Both the position numbers and the translations under genes were made by a program. Of a stretch of DNA of 45,843 bases, positions 44,065-45,843 are shown in pieces. The first letter of the stretch is position 1. The number at the start of each line of letters is the position of its first letter. The stretch spans positions 1 to 45,843 of the forward strand of contig CAZOMM010000002.1 of NCBI GenBank assembly GCA_964581165.1. The letters are read 5' to 3'. A model generated the notes under the pieces. The model made no database searches and was not told where the DNA came from. It worked only from the letters and a program-made list of their open reading frames with translations. The stretch is from an uncultured Coriobacteriaceae bacterium. Its GTDB lineage: Bacteria > Actinomycetota > Coriobacteriia > Coriobacteriales > CADBOM01.

Positions 44065-45720
44065 ATGTCTCAAGCTCAAACATCGGGTAGCGTGGGTCAA
44101 GTTGTTGTGGTTTTGGATTTTGGTGCGCAATATGGGCAGCTGATTGCTCGCAGAGTGCGCGATCTGCATGTGTACTCAGAAATCATAGCCTGCGACGCAC
44201 CGGCCAGCGAGATTGCAGCAATGAATCCTTCGGCCATCATTTTATCCGGAGGTCCCGCTAGCGTGTATGCCGATGATGCTCCCAAGGTTGATTCCGGTGT
44301 GTTTGAGCTGGGAGTGCCCGTGCTCGGCTTTTGCTATGGTCAGCAGATTATGGCCACAACGCTTGGCGGTGAGGTTAGCCACAACGATAAGGGCGAGTAT
44401 GGCCCGGCGACGATAGAACGTATCGATGGGGGAGAGTCGGTGCTGTTTGGAGACACCCCCGCTAGTCAAACCGTGTGGATGAGTCATCGTGATGCAGTGA
44501 CTAAGGTGCCCGATGGCTTTGTTGCAAGTTCTAGAACCGATATTTCTCCAGTGGCTTCGATGGAGTGCACTGAGCGTAAGTTGTACGCCACTCAGTTTCA
44601 TCCAGAGGTTAAGCATACGGAGTATGGCAACGAAATTCTTTCGAACTTCTTGTTTGGAATCTGTGGTTTGGAACCTTCATGGTCTGTTGAGAGTGTTATC
44701 GATTCTGCAGTAGAGTCAATTCGTGCTCAGGTGGGCGAGGATCGTGTGATCTTGGGTCTTTCTGGCGGTGTTGATTCTAGTGTTGTGGCAGCACTGTGCT
44801 CCAAGGCTATTGGCAAGCAGTTGGTTTGCGTATTTGTAAATCACGGTCTTTTGCGTAAAAACGAGCCCGAGGAGGTCGAGGAGGTTTTTACCAAGCAGTT
44901 TGATGTGGACTTTATCCACGTGCATGCCGAGGAACGATATGCCAAGCTGCTAGCTGGTGTGAGCGATCCTGAACAGAAACGCCGCATCATAGGTACGCAG
45001 TTTTGGGAGGAGTTTTTTGCGGTTGCGCAGGAGCTTCAGCAAGATGGTAAGCCGATTAACTTTTTGGCGCAGGGCACGATTTACCCTGACATTATCGAAA
45101 GCGGTGCTCGCAAAACCGGTGGCAAGGCAAGCACGATTAAGAGTCATCATAATTTGATTCCTTTTCCAGAGGGTGTGAGCTTTGAGCTTATCGAGCCGCT
45201 GGATCATTTCTTTAAAGATGAGGTTCGCGAGCTGGGGACGGCGCTTGGGCTTCCCGATCATATTGTGCATAGACAGCCTTTTCCGGGGCCAGGTTTGGCA
45301 ATTAGGATCATTGGCGAGGTAACGCCAGAAAAGCTGGAGATTTTGAAGAACGCTGATGCGATAGTTCGCGAGGAGCTGGATGCATACAATACGTGTCTGT
45401 TTGAACAGACTGGTGAGCGCAACGGCGAGTTTGAGCGTAAGTGTGCTGGTGGCCCTGAGGTGGAGCGTGCTGTTTGGCAGTACTTTGCCGTGCTTCCTGA
45501 CATTAAAAGCGTGGGAGTTATGGGCGACGAGCGCACCTATCAGCGCCCGGTGATTTTGCGCGCTGTTGAGTCGAGCGATGCGATGACGGCGGACTGGGCC
45601 AAGCTGCCTTATGAGGTGCTGGCGCGGATCTCGAGCCGCATCGTGGCTGAGGTTCCCGGTGTAAATCGCGTGGTTTACGACATCACCTCGAAGCCCCCAG
45701 CTACGATTGAGTGGGAATAG
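44065..45720 (+). CDS. guaA: GMP synthase (glutamine-hydrolysing)
   Basis: GATase domain (GFCYGQQ, HPE), ATP-PPase SGGVDSSV motif, and C-terminal dimerisation domain ending ..PPATIEWE. Confidence 0.95.
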   Translation: MSQAQTSGSVGQVVVVLDFGAQYGQLIARRVRDLHVYSEIIACDAPASEIAAMNPSAIILSGGPASVYADDAPKVDSGVFELGVPVLGFCYGQQIMATTLGGEVSHNDKGEYGPATIERIDGGESVLFGDTPASQTVWMSHRDAVTKVPDGFVASSRTDISPVASMECTERKLYATQFHPEVKHTEYGNEILSNFLFGICGLEPSWSVESVIDSAVESIRAQVGEDRVILGLSGGVDSSVVAALCSKAIGKQLVCVFVNHGLLRKNEPEEVEEVFTKQFDVDFIHVHAEERYAKLLAGVSDPEQKRRIIGTQFWEEFFAVAQELQQDGKPINFLAQGTIYPDIIESGARKTGGKASTIKSHHNLIPFPEGVSFELIEPLDHFFKDEVRELGTALGLPDHIVHRQPFPGPGLAIRIIGEVTPEKLEILKNADAIVREELDAYNTCLFEQTGERNGEFERKCAGGPEVERAVWQYFAVLPDIKSVGVMGDERTYQRPVILRAVESSDAMTADWAKLPYEVLARISSRIVAEVPGVNRVVYDITSKPPATIEWE

Positions 45721-45761
45721 TAGCTGATACATTTTCGTATCATTTTGTGACCCATCATACC

Positions 45762-45793
45762 ATCTGAGTATTACCTGCTCAGATTGTATTTTT
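45762..45793 (+). terminator. terminator-like hairpin after guaA
   Basis: ATCTGAGTA-ttacc-TGCTCAGAT (9-bp stem with one G-U pair) followed by TGTATTTTTA. Confidence 0.6.
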
Positions 45794-45794
45794 A

Positions 45795-45843
45795 GTGTGC
45801 CGAGCATGGCACGTTTTCTAATGGGTGAAAGTCCCTAGCGCGC
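45795..45843 (+). mobile_element. 5' end of a class C (IIC) group II intron, truncated by the window edge
   Basis: GTGTGCCGAGCATGGCACGTTTTCTAATGGGTGAAAGTCCCTAGC aligns by eye with the Oceanobacillus iheyensis IIC intron 5' end as I remember it (GUGUGCCCGGCAUGGGUGCAGUCUAUAGGGUGAGAGUCCCGAAC). It starts directly after a terminator hairpin, the known IIC target. Confidence 0.6.

Noticed and set aside
44950-45807. 285-aa ORF antisense to guaA, extending over the terminator and intron start
   Set aside because: It lies opposite a full-length, motif-complete guaA and has no motifs of its own. It would read through a terminator hairpin and into the intron 5' end.

Overview
The window looks like chromosomal DNA from a moderate-GC Gram-positive, probably a Coriobacteriia/Atopobiaceae-like actinobacterium. 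That guess rests on gene order and protein features, not on any search. Most of it is housekeeping: lepA-dus-hemW, hrcA-dnaJ-rsmE-mtaB, phoH-ybeY-dgkA-era-recO, the actinobacterial fhaA-fhaB-pstP-rodA/pbpA-pknB division cluster, three tRNAs, serS, ychF and guaA.

Four things stand out.
1. An accessory locus at about 17.9-27.6 kb holds two tandem paralogous glycyl-radical enzymes (GREs). Both carry an unusual GCQE thiyl loop. They sit beside a polytopic membrane LuxR-type regulator and a GPH-family transporter, and no GRE activase gene is visible anywhere in the window. This is my best candidate for an uncharacterised metabolic system.
2. The 5' end of a class C group II intron lies just after the guaA terminator at the right edge. 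A decayed copy of the same 5' end lies after another terminator at 1179, next to a COG1373-type ATPase/nuclease gene.
3. RodA (SEDS) and PbpA (class B PBP) are fused into one 912-915 aa ORF. A second Ser/Thr kinase has a polytopic membrane C-terminus.
4. Almost every intergenic spacer, and several housekeeping proteins, contain locus-specific degenerate tandem duplications. Many of these echo the neighbouring gene end. The hrcA and ybeY tails are in-frame 9-mers that alternate between Gln and stop codons.

All identities and periodicities were judged by eye. No searches or alignments were run.
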